A stretch of 24,000 bases of DNA from Candidatus Sulfotelmatobacter sp. (lineage in GTDB: Bacteria > Pseudomonadota > Alphaproteobacteria > Elsterales > Elsteraceae): assembly GCA_035507915.1 (NCBI GenBank), contig DATJNS010000500.1:657-24656 (forward strand), given 5' to 3'. Below the pieces are notes generated by a model. The model was not told the origin of the DNA. It worked only from the letters and a program-made list of their open reading frames with translations, and ran no database searches. This document shows positions 14,449 to 23,442 of this stretch, one piece after another; position 1 is the first letter of the stretch, and every line of letters begins with the position of its first letter. The translations under genes and the position numbers were made by a program.

Positions 14449-16626
14449 ATGTTTCTGCGGTTTCGGCGTGCATCGGCCGGCGCGCTGGCGGCGCTGGTGC
14501 TGGCGTTGCTCCTACCGGGGATCGGTCCCGGGGCGCTCGCGCAGGCGCCGGCGACGATTCGCGGCGACCACCAGGCCGAGGATCTCGGCCGACTGCTCGA
14601 CTCGGCGCACGGCCAGAACATCGTCGTGCAGATCGCGCCGGCGGCCGGCCCGCCCGCGTCGCGCGGCGAGCGCCTCGAGGCCTCGGTGGCGACCTGGTGG
14701 CAGGACGCCGCCGACGACTTCCAGGCCGGGCTCGACCGCGGCATCCAGGGCACGCGCGCGCTGCCGCGGCTGGTCGACGACTTCGAGCGGTCCTGGGACG
14801 CGCGCCGCAATGCCGGCTCGACCGGTGAGGCGGTGGAGCGCATCGCCGCCATCCTGATCGGCGGCATCGCGGTCGGCCTGTTCGTGCGCTGGCTGTTGCG
14901 CGCGGTCTTCCGGACGCGGGTGTCGAGCACCTTCTCCGCTCGGCTCGTCCTCGTCGCCGTGCGCGCGCTGGCCGACCTGATCGCGCTCGCCGCGTACGGG
15001 ATCACCGCGTTCAAGCTGCGCGATGCGCTGCTCGACCAGCCCGATCTGGCGCGCTTCGTCGCCACCGATCTCAGCCACGCGATCGTGTCGTTCTGTTTCT
15101 ACTGGACCGGTGCGCGCTTCCTGCTGGCGCCCGACCCGTTCGGCCGCCGCATGCTCCCGATCGATCGGCCCGCCTGGCACTACGCCATGGTGATGCGCTA
15201 CGCCGCAGGCTCGATCTTCATCTATGTGACCGTCACCCTGATCGCGGAGATCGGCAACGCCGACCAGGTGGCCGGCTGGTATCTGCTGACCGCGAGCGCG
15301 ATCCTGCTCTTCAAGTTGTGGTGGTTCTGGAACGCGCGCCTGGATTTTGCCGCGCTGGCACGCCTGTCGGGCGACGGCCTGCTGGCGCGCGGGGCGGGCG
15401 CCGTGGCAGCCTGGGTGCTGATCGGCGTCGCGCTGGCCGACTGGGTGGTCGGCCAGTTCGCCGCGGTGCTGACCGACGGTGTGTGGTGGGGCGTCGCGGC
15501 CGGCACCACCCAGATCGCGGTGGCGCTGCTGCCGATCATCGCCGCCGGTGCCGACTTGACGGTCGCGGCGGCGCTCGGCGCCGAGGACCCGGACGTGCCG
15601 CCGCTGCGCAAGGCGACGATCGCGGTCGGCCGCGCGCTCGCCTGCGGCGGCGTGTGGATCCTCGGCGTGGTCGCGCTCGCCGAGATGTGGGGCGTCTACC
15701 TGCTGACGCCGGGGTCCGCGATCGCGGCGGCGACGCTGCGCGTGGTGCTGACCTTGGGCATCGCGCTGGTCACCGGCTGGACCTTGTGGCGGTTCGCGTC
15801 GGCCTACCTGGCCGAGCACGCGCCGAAGCCGCGCGCGGTGCTGCCCGGCGTCGAGGACGAGACGGCCGAGCCGCCGGCGCAGACCCGGCTGGCGACGGCC
15901 TTGCCGCTGGTGCGCGTCGTCATCCTCGGCGCGGTGCTGGGCACGACCGGGCTGATCGTGCTGTCGACCTTGGGCGTCGACATCGGGCCGCTGCTCGCCG
16001 GGTTCGGCGTGATCGGCCTGGCGATCTCGTTCGGCTCGCAGGCGCTGGTGCGCGACATCGTCTCGGGCATCTTCTTCATGGCCGACGACGCCTTCCGCAT
16101 CGGCGAGTACATCGACACCGGCCGTCTCAAGGGCACGGTCGAGAAGATCACCCTGCGCTCGGTCCAGCTGCGCCACCAGAGCGGCCTCGTGCATACCATC
16201 CCGTTCGGCCAGCTGCAGGCGATCACCAACGCCAGCCGCGACTGGGCGACCGTCAAGTTCAACATCCGGCTCGAGCGCGGCAGCGATCTCGAGCGGGCGC
16301 GCAAGATCATCAAGCGCGTGGGCCAGGAGATGCTCGAGGACCCGGAGCTCGCCAACGAGATCATCCTGCCCCTCAAGCTGCAGGGCGTCGCCGAGATCAC
16401 CGACAGCGCGATCGTGTGCCGGCTCAAGGTCACGGCCAAGCCGGCGCGCTCGAGCTGGGTCCAGCGCGAGGCGCTGAAGCGCGTCTACGGCGCGCTCGAG
16501 GCCGAGGGCATCTCGTTCGCGCAGGGCGCCGTCACGGTGCGGTCGGCCGACGATCACCTGCCGGCGCCGGTCGCGGGCGGCGCCAGCGTCGCCGCGCTGC
16601 CCGCGCCCAGCGAAGCCGCGGGCTAG
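14449..16626 (+). CDS. mechanosensitive ion channel family protein (MscS superfamily, large multi-TM N-terminal extension)
   Basis: The C-terminal part, ...GPLLAGFGVIGLAISFGSQALVRDIVSGIFFMADDAFRIGEYIDTGRLKGTVEKITLRSVQLRHQSGLVHTIPFG..., is the MscS pore-helix/beta-domain signature. The start is set at the ATG at 14449 because MFLRFRRASAGALAALVLALLLPGIGPGALAQA looks like a signal/anchor sequence. The ATG at 14398 is an alternative. Confidence 0.85.
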   Translation: MFLRFRRASAGALAALVLALLLPGIGPGALAQAPATIRGDHQAEDLGRLLDSAHGQNIVVQIAPAAGPPASRGERLEASVATWWQDAADDFQAGLDRGIQGTRALPRLVDDFERSWDARRNAGSTGEAVERIAAILIGGIAVGLFVRWLLRAVFRTRVSSTFSARLVLVAVRALADLIALAAYGITAFKLRDALLDQPDLARFVATDLSHAIVSFCFYWTGARFLLAPDPFGRRMLPIDRPAWHYAMVMRYAAGSIFIYVTVTLIAEIGNADQVAGWYLLTASAILLFKLWWFWNARLDFAALARLSGDGLLARGAGAVAAWVLIGVALADWVVGQFAAVLTDGVWWGVAAGTTQIAVALLPIIAAGADLTVAAALGAEDPDVPPLRKATIAVGRALACGGVWILGVVALAEMWGVYLLTPGSAIAAATLRVVLTLGIALVTGWTLWRFASAYLAEHAPKPRAVLPGVEDETAEPPAQTRLATALPLVRVVILGAVLGTTGLIVLSTLGVDIGPLLAGFGVIGLAISFGSQALVRDIVSGIFFMADDAFRIGEYIDTGRLKGTVEKITLRSVQLRHQSGLVHTIPFGQLQAITNASRDWATVKFNIRLERGSDLERARKIIKRVGQEMLEDPELANEIILPLKLQGVAEITDSAIVCRLKVTAKPARSSWVQREALKRVYGALEAEGISFAQGAVTVRSADDHLPAPVAGGASVAALPAPSEAAG

Positions 16627-16730
16627 TCGCCGGCGGCGCGTCCGGGGGCCGTCCGGCGGCGCCCGTCTGGAGCGCGCCGGCCGGGTCTGCTAGCCTCGCT
16701 CGTCCGCTCCATTGGAAAGGGATTGACCCC

Positions 16731-17495
16731 ATGACCGCACCCGCGACCGCGACCCTGTCGGAGCGCGCCGACGCGCTCGAGCACCGCATGATGCAGGAGC
16801 TCGACGCGATCGTCGTGAAGTCGCATTTGTTCAATCTGGCGGACGGCAGCAGGGAGTTCGTCGGCGGCGCCGCGCTGCAGGCCAAGTACCCCGGCAAGAA
16901 GATGCTGATGGGCGACGATCCGCGGCTGCCCAAGATGCCGGACAAGCCGACCCTGCTCGACTATTTCAAGCATCGCTTCGCGCCCGCGCAGCACCTGCTG
17001 CAGAGCGCTCGGCACGCCGTGAAGGCGGGCATGAGCGAGAAGGTGGTGCTCGCCTGCCTGCTGCACGACATCGGCGTGATCGGCTTCATCCGCTCCGACC
17101 ACGGCTACTGGGGCGCCCAGATGGTGGCGCCCTACGTCGACGAGGAGGTCACCTGGGCGATCCGCGCGCATCAGGCGCTGCGTTTCTATCCGGACGAGTC
17201 GGTCGGCTACGCCTATCCCGAGCTCTACAAGAAGTATTTCGGCGCCGACTATCAGCCCGACGCCTACATCGAGCGCGACTATCAGGCGGCGCGGAAGCAC
17301 AAGTGGTACATGACCGCGCGTCTGATCACGGTGCACGACATCTACTCGTTCGACCCCGACGTGAAGGTCTCGCTCGAGGAGTTCACCGACATCGTCGGCC
17401 GCAACTTCCGCCAGCCGGAAGAGGGGCTCGGCCTCGACGACAGCCCGTCCGCGCACATGTGGCGCACCCTGATGCGGCCGACCCGCTACCTGTGA
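16731..17495 (+). CDS. HD-domain metalloprotein (possible diiron oxygenase type rather than phosphohydrolase)
   Basis: Only the last 254 codons of tracked ORF 15318..17495 look like a real protein; the rest is an off-frame read of the MscS gene. ATG at 16731, preceded by GGAAAGGGA. It contains LLHDIG (H112-D113) plus H88/H95, H124, H147 and H202-D203. Confidence 0.8.
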   Translation: MTAPATATLSERADALEHRMMQELDAIVVKSHLFNLADGSREFVGGAALQAKYPGKKMLMGDDPRLPKMPDKPTLLDYFKHRFAPAQHLLQSARHAVKAGMSEKVVLACLLHDIGVIGFIRSDHGYWGAQMVAPYVDEEVTWAIRAHQALRFYPDESVGYAYPELYKKYFGADYQPDAYIERDYQAARKHKWYMTARLITVHDIYSFDPDVKVSLEEFTDIVGRNFRQPEEGLGLDDSPSAHMWRTLMRPTRYL

Positions 17496-17505
17496 CGCGC
17501 CGTCT

Positions 17506-18276
17506 GTGAGGCGGCGGCTCGCCGCGGTCGCCGGCGCGCTCCTGGGGCTGGTCGCGACGACGGCGGCGCCGAGCGGCGCCGCCGAGATCAAGGTGCTGAC
17601 CGCCGGCGCTTTCAAGCAGGTGCTGGTCGCCGCGCTGCCGGCGTTCGAGCAGCGCACCGGGCACACGGTGACGCTCGACAACGCCACCGTCGGGGTGTTG
17701 ATCCAGCGCATCGAGGGCGGCGAGGCGTTCGACGTCGCGGTGCTGAGCCCCGCGGCGATCGACGCGCTGACCGCCAAGGGCAAGATCGCCGCCGGGACGC
17801 GCAAGGCGCTCGCCAAGGTCGGCGTCGGCGTGGTCGTCAAGGCCGGCGCGCCGAAGCCCGACATCGCCACGGTCGACGCCTTCAAGCGCGCGCTGCTCGA
17901 CGCCAAGTCGGTCGCCTACATCGATCCGGCGGCCGGTGGCTCGAGCGGCATCTATATCGCCAAGCTGCTGAAGCAGCTCGGCGTGGCCGACGCGGTCAAC
18001 GCCAAGGCCAAGCTGATCCAGGGTGGCGCGGTCGCCGATCACATCGCCGCCGGCGAGGCCGAGCTCGGGCTGCACCAGATCAGCGAGATCCTGCCGGTCG
18101 CCGGCGTGACGTTGGTCGGTCCGCTGCCCGCCGCGCTGCAGAACTACACGGTCTACGCCGCCGGCATCTCGAGCGCCGCGCGCGACCGCGCCGCCGCCGA
18201 GGCGCTGATCGACCAGCTCGCCGGTCCCGCCGGCGCGGCGGTGATCACGGCGAAGGGCATGGAGCCGGCGTCCTGA
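17506..18276 (+). CDS. periplasmic substrate-binding protein, ModA-like (type II PBP), with no cognate permease or ATPase adjacent
   Basis: Signal peptide MRRRLAAVAGALLGLVATTAAPSGAA, then EIKVLTAGAFKQVLVAALPAFEQRTGHTVTL...FDVAVLS..., resembling molybdate/oxyanion-binding protein family sequences. GTG start 10 nt after the HD gene stop, with no clear SD, so the start is uncertain. Confidence 0.75.
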   Translation: MRRRLAAVAGALLGLVATTAAPSGAAEIKVLTAGAFKQVLVAALPAFEQRTGHTVTLDNATVGVLIQRIEGGEAFDVAVLSPAAIDALTAKGKIAAGTRKALAKVGVGVVVKAGAPKPDIATVDAFKRALLDAKSVAYIDPAAGGSSGIYIAKLLKQLGVADAVNAKAKLIQGGAVADHIAAGEAELGLHQISEILPVAGVTLVGPLPAALQNYTVYAAGISSAARDRAAAEALIDQLAGPAGAAVITAKGMEPAS

Positions 18277-18304
18277 CGCCATCACCGACCGGGAGGACAC
18301 GCGG

Positions 18305-19453
18305 ATGAAATACGACCTGTTGCTGCGCGGCGGCGAAGTCGTCGATCCGGGCAGCAAGCTGCGCGGCAAGCTGGACGTCGCCATCACGGGCGGCACGATC
18401 GTCGAGGTCGCGCCGTCGCTGCCCGAGGGCGAGGCCCGGCGGACGATCACGGTCAAGGACCGCTACGTGCTGCCCGGCCTGGTCGACTGCCACGCGCACA
18501 TCGCCGTCAACGGCCACAACATGGGCGTCGACACCGACCGATTCTGCCGCGCCAGCGGCGTGACGACGATGTGCGACGCCGGCAGCTGCGGCTCGTCGAA
18601 TTTCGCCAACCTGCGCTACATCGTCGACACCGCGGTGCGCACGCGCACCAAGGCGTTCGTCAACCTGTCGACCATCGGCATCACGGGCACGCGCATCTGC
18701 GGCGAGCTGTCGTTCGAGCGCTACGCCGATCCCGAGGGCTGCGCGCGCACCATCGCGGAGAACCAGGATTTCGCCATCGGCGTGAAGCTGCGCTACGGGC
18801 CCAATCTGGTGTGGGACTATTCCGACGCGCCCTTCAAGGTCGCGCGCAAGGCCGCCGACATGGCGGGCACGCCCATGATGGCGCACATCACGCGCACGCC
18901 GCTGCCGCTGCCCAAGATCCTCGAGAGCTTCAAGAGGGGCGACATCATCACCCACTGCTATCACGGCGGCGACAACGGCATCATGGGGCCGGAGCGCCAG
19001 TTCCTCCTCAAGGAGGTCGTCGAGGCGCAGCGCAACGGCGTCATCTTCGACTGCGCGCACGGCCGCCAGGGCCATTTCTCGTTTCCCTTGATCGAGAAGG
19101 CGCTCGACCAGGGCTTCCTGCCCGACACCATCTCGTCGGACCTCACCTTCGAGGGCGCGACCCTCGGGCCGGTGTTCGACCTGCCGACGGTCATGTCGAA
19201 GCTGATGCATTTCGGCGTCTCGCTCGACGACGTTGTGCTGCGCGCGACCCAGTATCCGGCGCGCATCCTCGGGCTCGAGGACGAGATCGGCACCCTGCGG
19301 CCGGGCGCGCGTGCCGACGTCGCGGTCTTCGAGCTGCGCGACGAGCCGGTCGAGTTCCACGATTCCGACGGCCACTCGCTGATGGGCAAGCGCCGGCTGA
19401 TCAATCACCTGACGCTGAGGGGCGGCCGCGTCTGGTACGAGCGGCCGAACTGA
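18305..19453 (+). CDS. amidohydrolase/deacetylase-family metallo-dependent hydrolase
   Basis: MKYDLLLRGGEVVDPGS...ITGGTIVEVA...VLPGLVDCHAHI... is the classical amidohydrolase N-terminal beta-sandwich plus the HxH metal motif. SD GGGAGGA at 18289-18295. Confidence 0.85.
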   Translation: MKYDLLLRGGEVVDPGSKLRGKLDVAITGGTIVEVAPSLPEGEARRTITVKDRYVLPGLVDCHAHIAVNGHNMGVDTDRFCRASGVTTMCDAGSCGSSNFANLRYIVDTAVRTRTKAFVNLSTIGITGTRICGELSFERYADPEGCARTIAENQDFAIGVKLRYGPNLVWDYSDAPFKVARKAADMAGTPMMAHITRTPLPLPKILESFKRGDIITHCYHGGDNGIMGPERQFLLKEVVEAQRNGVIFDCAHGRQGHFSFPLIEKALDQGFLPDTISSDLTFEGATLGPVFDLPTVMSKLMHFGVSLDDVVLRATQYPARILGLEDEIGTLRPGARADVAVFELRDEPVEFHDSDGHSLMGKRRLINHLTLRGGRVWYERPN

Positions 19454-19485
19454 CGCGCACTTGTTCCGCGGTCCCCCACACTTAA

Positions 19486-19517
19486 CGTCATGGCCGGCAC
19501 GGAGGCCGGCCATGACG
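19486..19517. terminator. perfect 13-bp stem hairpin between the convergent amidohydrolase and cysE genes
   Basis: CGTCATGGCCGGC-ACGGAG-GCCGGCCATGACG. Likely a bidirectional terminator. Confidence 0.6.
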
Positions 19518-19571
19518 AATTGAGTGTCTTTCGGGCGACGAAACGTCGGTCCGCGCTCGCCCGGCGTACCG

Positions 19572-20396
19572 TCAGATCTGGAAGTCGGGCTCGAAGCCGT
19601 CGATTTCCTGGTTCATGGTCTGGGACGGCCGCTCGGACCCGGCGCAGCCGATCACGCGCGCCGGCACGCCGGCGACCGTGCAGCCGGGCGGCACTGCCTT
19701 GAGGACCACCGAGCCGGCGCCGATCCGCGAATACTCGCCGACCTCGATGTTGCCGAGGATCTTGGCGCCCGCCGAGATCAGTACGCCGCGCCGGATCTTG
19801 GGATGGCGGTCGCCGGTCTCCTTGCCGGAGCCGCCCAAGGTCACGCCGTGCAGCATCGAGACGTCGTCCTCGACCACCGCGGTCTCGCCGATCACGATGC
19901 CGGTCGCGTGATCCATCATGATGCCGCGGCCGATGCGCGCCGCCGGATGGATGTCGACGCCGAACAGCTCGGAAACGCGGCTCTGCAGGAACAGCGCGAG
20001 CGACGTGCGCCCCTGGACCCACAGGCGATGCGCGATGCGGTGCGACTGCAAGGCGAGGAAGCCTTTGTAGAACAGGAAGGCGTTGAGGTAGTTGTCGCAC
20101 GCCGGGTCGCGCTCGAACACCGCTGACAGGTCGGCGCGCACCGCCTCGCCGATCTCGGGCGTCTCGGTCATGGCGGCCTGGAAGATGTCGCGCGCCAGCA
20201 TCGAGCTGACGTCCGCGCCGCCGACCTTCTTGGCGAGGTGATAGGACAGCGCGTCCTCGAGCCGGCCGTGGGCCAGCACCGTGGCGTGCACCGAGCTCGC
20301 CAGCGCCGGCTCGGCGCGCACGACCGCTTCGGCCTGGTCGCGCAGCGCCGACCAGATCGGATCGCAGAGGGCGACTTTTTCGACGGCGACGGACAT
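19572..20396 (-). CDS. cysE: serine O-acetyltransferase
   Basis: MSVAVEK...DPACDNYLNAFLFYKGFLALQSHRIAHRLW...GVDIHPAARIGRGIMMDHATGIVIGETAVVEDDVSMLHGVTLGG...RHPKI... is the SAT N-terminal domain plus left-handed beta-helix hexapeptide repeats. The start is the ATG at 20396 with SD AGGAGA. The tracked ORF's 16 extra codons are unlikely to be real. Confidence 0.92.
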   Translation of the reverse strand: MSVAVEKVALCDPIWSALRDQAEAVVRAEPALASSVHATVLAHGRLEDALSYHLAKKVGGADVSSMLARDIFQAAMTETPEIGEAVRADLSAVFERDPACDNYLNAFLFYKGFLALQSHRIAHRLWVQGRTSLALFLQSRVSELFGVDIHPAARIGRGIMMDHATGIVIGETAVVEDDVSMLHGVTLGGSGKETGDRHPKIRRGVLISAGAKILGNIEVGEYSRIGAGSVVLKAVPPGCTVAGVPARVIGCAGSERPSQTMNQEIDGFEPDFQI

Positions 20397-20533
20397 CGGG
20401 GTCTCCTGTCCTCGAACTCTAGGTCGGCGGCAGCGCGGTGCCAAGCCGCCCTTCCAAGGTGGGCCAGGGCGCGGGCCGCGCCAAGTGAAACGGGCGACCG
20501 GGCCCGTGAGACCGGTTCATCCGGCCGCGAGAC

Positions 20534-20596
20534 CGTCATCGCCCGTGCAAATCCGGCCGGTTCGGCGATGACGGCATTGTTTTTGCGATGTTTTTT
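20534..20596 (+). promoter_or_regulatory. terminator-like hairpin plus T-tracts in the cysE-ppc divergent region (ppc leader/promoter element)
   Basis: CGTCATCGCC (20534-20543) and GGCGATGACG (20564-20573) are perfect 10-bp complements. The 20-nt loop contains CCGGCCGG. T5 follows at 20580-20584 and T6 at 20591-20596. Confidence 0.4.
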
Positions 20597-20637
20597 GCGG
20601 GCTTTCCAAGCGGCGCACCAGGCGGAATCATGATGCG

Positions 20638-23406
20638 ATGACCGATGTGGCCACCTCCGAGGTCCCCGACAAGGACCTGCCGCTGCGCGACGACATCCGC
20701 CGGCTCGGCCGCGTGCTGGGCGACATCGTGCGCGAGCAGAAGGGCGAGGCGGTGTTCGCGCTGGTCGAGCGCGTGCGCCAGACCTCGATCCGCTTCCGCC
20801 GCGACGGCGACGATGCGGCGCGCCGCGAGCTCGAGGCGACCCTCGACAGCCTGTCGCGCGATCACACGATCACGGTGATCCGCGCCTTCAGCTTCTTCTC
20901 GCACCTGGCCAACATCGCCGAGGACCAGCATCACATCCGCCGCACGCGCGCCCACGCCTTCGCCGCCTCGACGCCGCGCGAGGGCACGCTCGCCTATGCG
21001 CTCGCGGAGGCGCGCGCCGCCGGGGTCTCGCGCGCCGATCTGCAGGCGTTCTTCGCCGGCGCGCTGGTCGGCCCGGTGCTGACCGCGCACCCGACCGAGA
21101 TCCGGCGCAAGAGCACGATCGACCGCGAGATGGAGGTGGCGCGGCTGCTCGACGCGCGCGACCGGCTGCGGCTCACGCCCGAGGAGGAGGCCGCCAGCGA
21201 CGAGGCGCTGCGCCGCGCCATCCTGACTTTGTGGCAGACCAGCATCATCCGCCATACGCGGCTCCAGGTGGTCGACGAGATCGCCAACGGCCTGTCCTAT
21301 TACGACTACACCTTCCTGCGCGAGCTGCCGAAGCTGTATGCCGCGCTCGAGGACCAGCTCGCGGCGCTCGACGGCGGCTGGCAGGCCGTCGAGCTGCCGT
21401 CGTTCCTCCGGCTCGGCAGCTGGATCGGCGGCGATCGCGACGGCAATCCCAACGTCGACGCCGAGACGCTGCGCCAGGCGCTGCGGTTGCAGAGCCGGCG
21501 CGCGCTCGACTTCTATCTCGCCGAGCTCCACGAGCTGGGAGCCGAGCTGTCGCTCGAGGCGCGCCTGATCGAGGTGTCGGACGCGTTGAAGGCGCTCGCC
21601 GAGCAGTCGCCCGATCGCTCGCCCCAGCGCGCCGGCGAGCCCTACCGGCGGGCGATCTCGGGCGCCTATGCGCGGCTCGCCGCGACGGCGCGGGTGCTCG
21701 ACGACTTCGAGGTGCAGCGCCACGCGGTCGCCGACGCGCCGCCTTATCCCGACTCCGAGGCGCTGCGCGCCGACCTCGACGTGATCGACCGCTCGCTGAC
21801 CGCCAACGGCTCGATGACCCTGGCGCGCGGCCGGCTGCGCCACCTGCGCCGCGCCGTCGACGCGTTCGGCTTCCATCTGGCCGAGATCGACCTGCGCCAG
21901 AACTCCGACGTCCACGAGCGCGCGGTCGCCGAGCTGCTCGAGGCGGCGACGCCGGGCACCGACTACCGCAAGCGCGACGAGGCGGCGCGCATCGCGCTGT
22001 TGCGCGCCGAGCTCGCGACCGCACGGCCGCTCGCCTCGCCCTATCTGACCTACGGCGCCGAGACGGCGTCCGAGCTCGCGATCGCGCGCGCCGCCGCCGA
22101 CGCCCAGCGCCGCTACGGCAGGCGCGCGGTGCCGCACTACGTGATCTCGAAGGCCGACGGCGTGTCGGACGTGCTCGAGGTCGCGCTGCTCCTCAAGGAG
22201 GCGGGCCTGATGCAGCCGCGCGACGGCACGCTCGCCGTCGACATCGCGCCCTTGTTCGAGACCATCGACGACCTGCGCAACTGCCCGCGCGTCATGGACG
22301 CGCTGCTCGGCCTGCCCGAATACCGGCGCCTGCTGGCGAGCCGCGGCGGCGTGCAGGAGGTCATGCTCGGCTACTCGGACAGCAACAAGGACGGCGGCTT
22401 CCTGACCTCGGGCTGGGAGCTCTACAAGGCCGAGATCGCGCTGGTCGAGGTGTTCAAGCGCCACGGCGTGCGCCTGCGCCTGTTCCACGGCCGCGGCGGC
22501 TCGATCGGGCGCGGCGGCGGCCCGACCTACCAGGCGATCCTGGCGCAGCCGGGCGGCGCCGTGCAGGGCGCGCTGCGCGTCACCGAGCAGGGCGAGGTGA
22601 TCGCCGCCAAGTACTCGAACCCCGAGCTCGGCCGGCGCAATCTCGAGATCCTCGCCGCCGCGACCCTCGAGGCGAGCCTGCTACCGGCCGACGGCGCGGC
22701 GCCGAAGCAATCATATCTCGCGGCGCTCGACGCGCTGTCGGGCCACGCCTTTCGCGCCTATCGCGAGCTGGTCTACGAGACCGACGGCTTCGAGCGCTAT
22801 TTCTGGGAGTCGACGGTGATCGGCGAAATCGCCAACCTCAATCTCGGCAGCCGGCCGGCGTCGCGCACCAAGTCGACGCGCATCGAGGATCTGCGCGCGA
22901 TCCCCTGGGTATTCGGCTGGTCGCAGTGCCGGCTGATGCTGCCCGGCTGGTACGGCTTCGGCAGCGCGGTCGAGGCGTGGTGTGCGGCCCACCCGGCCGA
23001 CGGCATGGCGGTGCTCCAGGCGATGTACCACGAATGGCCGTTCTTCCAGATGCTGCTGTCCAACATGGACATGGTGCTGGCCAAGAGCGACATCGCGATC
23101 GCCTCGCGCTACGCCGAGCTGGTCGCCGACGCGGAGCTTCGCCGGACGATCTTCGAGCGCCTGCGCGCCGAATGGCGCCGCTCGATCGACGCGCTGCTCG
23201 AGATCATGGGCCAGCGTGTGCTGCTCGAGCGCAACCCGCTGCTTGCCCGCTCGATCCGCAACCGCTTTCCCTATCTCGACCCGCTCAACCACGTGCAGGT
23301 CGAGCTCCTGAAACGCCATCGCGCCGGCGACACTGACGAGCGCGTGGTCGCCGGCATCCACCTGACCATCAACGGGATCGCCGCCGGGCTCAGGAACAGC
23401 GGGTAG
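20638..23406 (+). CDS. ppc: phosphoenolpyruvate carboxylase
   Basis: 922 aa with the PEPC hallmarks [23 protein letters not shown] and [14 protein letters not shown], and the canonical C-terminal ...[12 protein letters not shown]. Confidence 0.95.
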   Translation: MTDVATSEVPDKDLPLRDDIRRLGRVLGDIVREQKGEAVFALVERVRQTSIRFRRDGDDAARRELEATLDSLSRDHTITVIRAFSFFSHLANIAEDQHHIRRTRAHAFAASTPREGTLAYALAEARAAGVSRADLQAFFAGALVGPVLTAHPTEIRRKSTIDREMEVARLLDARDRLRLTPEEEAASDEALRRAILTLWQTSIIRHTRLQVVDEIANGLSYYDYTFLRELPKLYAALEDQLAALDGGWQAVELPSFLRLGSWIGGDRDGNPNVDAETLRQALRLQSRRALDFYLAELHELGAELSLEARLIEVSDALKALAEQSPDRSPQRAGEPYRRAISGAYARLAATARVLDDFEVQRHAVADAPPYPDSEALRADLDVIDRSLTANGSMTLARGRLRHLRRAVDAFGFHLAEIDLRQNSDVHERAVAELLEAATPGTDYRKRDEAARIALLRAELATARPLASPYLTYGAETASELAIARAAADAQRRYGRRAVPHYVISKADGVSDVLEVALLLKEAGLMQPRDGTLAVDIAPLFETIDDLRNCPRVMDALLGLPEYRRLLASRGGVQEVMLGYSDSNKDGGFLTSGWELYKAEIALVEVFKRHGVRLRLFHGRGGSIGRGGGPTYQAILAQPGGAVQGALRVTEQGEVIAAKYSNPELGRRNLEILAAATLEASLLPADGAAPKQSYLAALDALSGHAFRAYRELVYETDGFERYFWESTVIGEIANLNLGSRPASRTKSTRIEDLRAIPWVFGWSQCRLMLPGWYGFGSAVEAWCAAHPADGMAVLQAMYHEWPFFQMLLSNMDMVLAKSDIAIASRYAELVADAELRRTIFERLRAEWRRSIDALLEIMGQRVLLERNPLLARSIRNRFPYLDPLNHVQVELLKRHRAGDTDERVVAGIHLTINGIAAGLRNSG

Positions 23407-23442
23407 CGTGGCAGGAGCGTAGCCCCGCGAGCGCCCGAAGCC

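Noticed and set aside
15318-16730. A 471-codon N-terminal extension of the HD-protein ORF (tracked as 15318..17495).
   Set aside because: It is an off-frame read through the MscS-family gene with low-complexity Arg/Gly/Ala content. A plausible ATG with an upstream purine-rich SD lies at 16731, in the intergenic gap.
16627-16730. The direct repeat CCGGCGGCGC occurs twice in the gap after the MscS-family gene.
   Set aside because: It is a short, purely G/C repeat in very GC-rich DNA with no convincing stem-loop or spacing logic, so it is likely chance.
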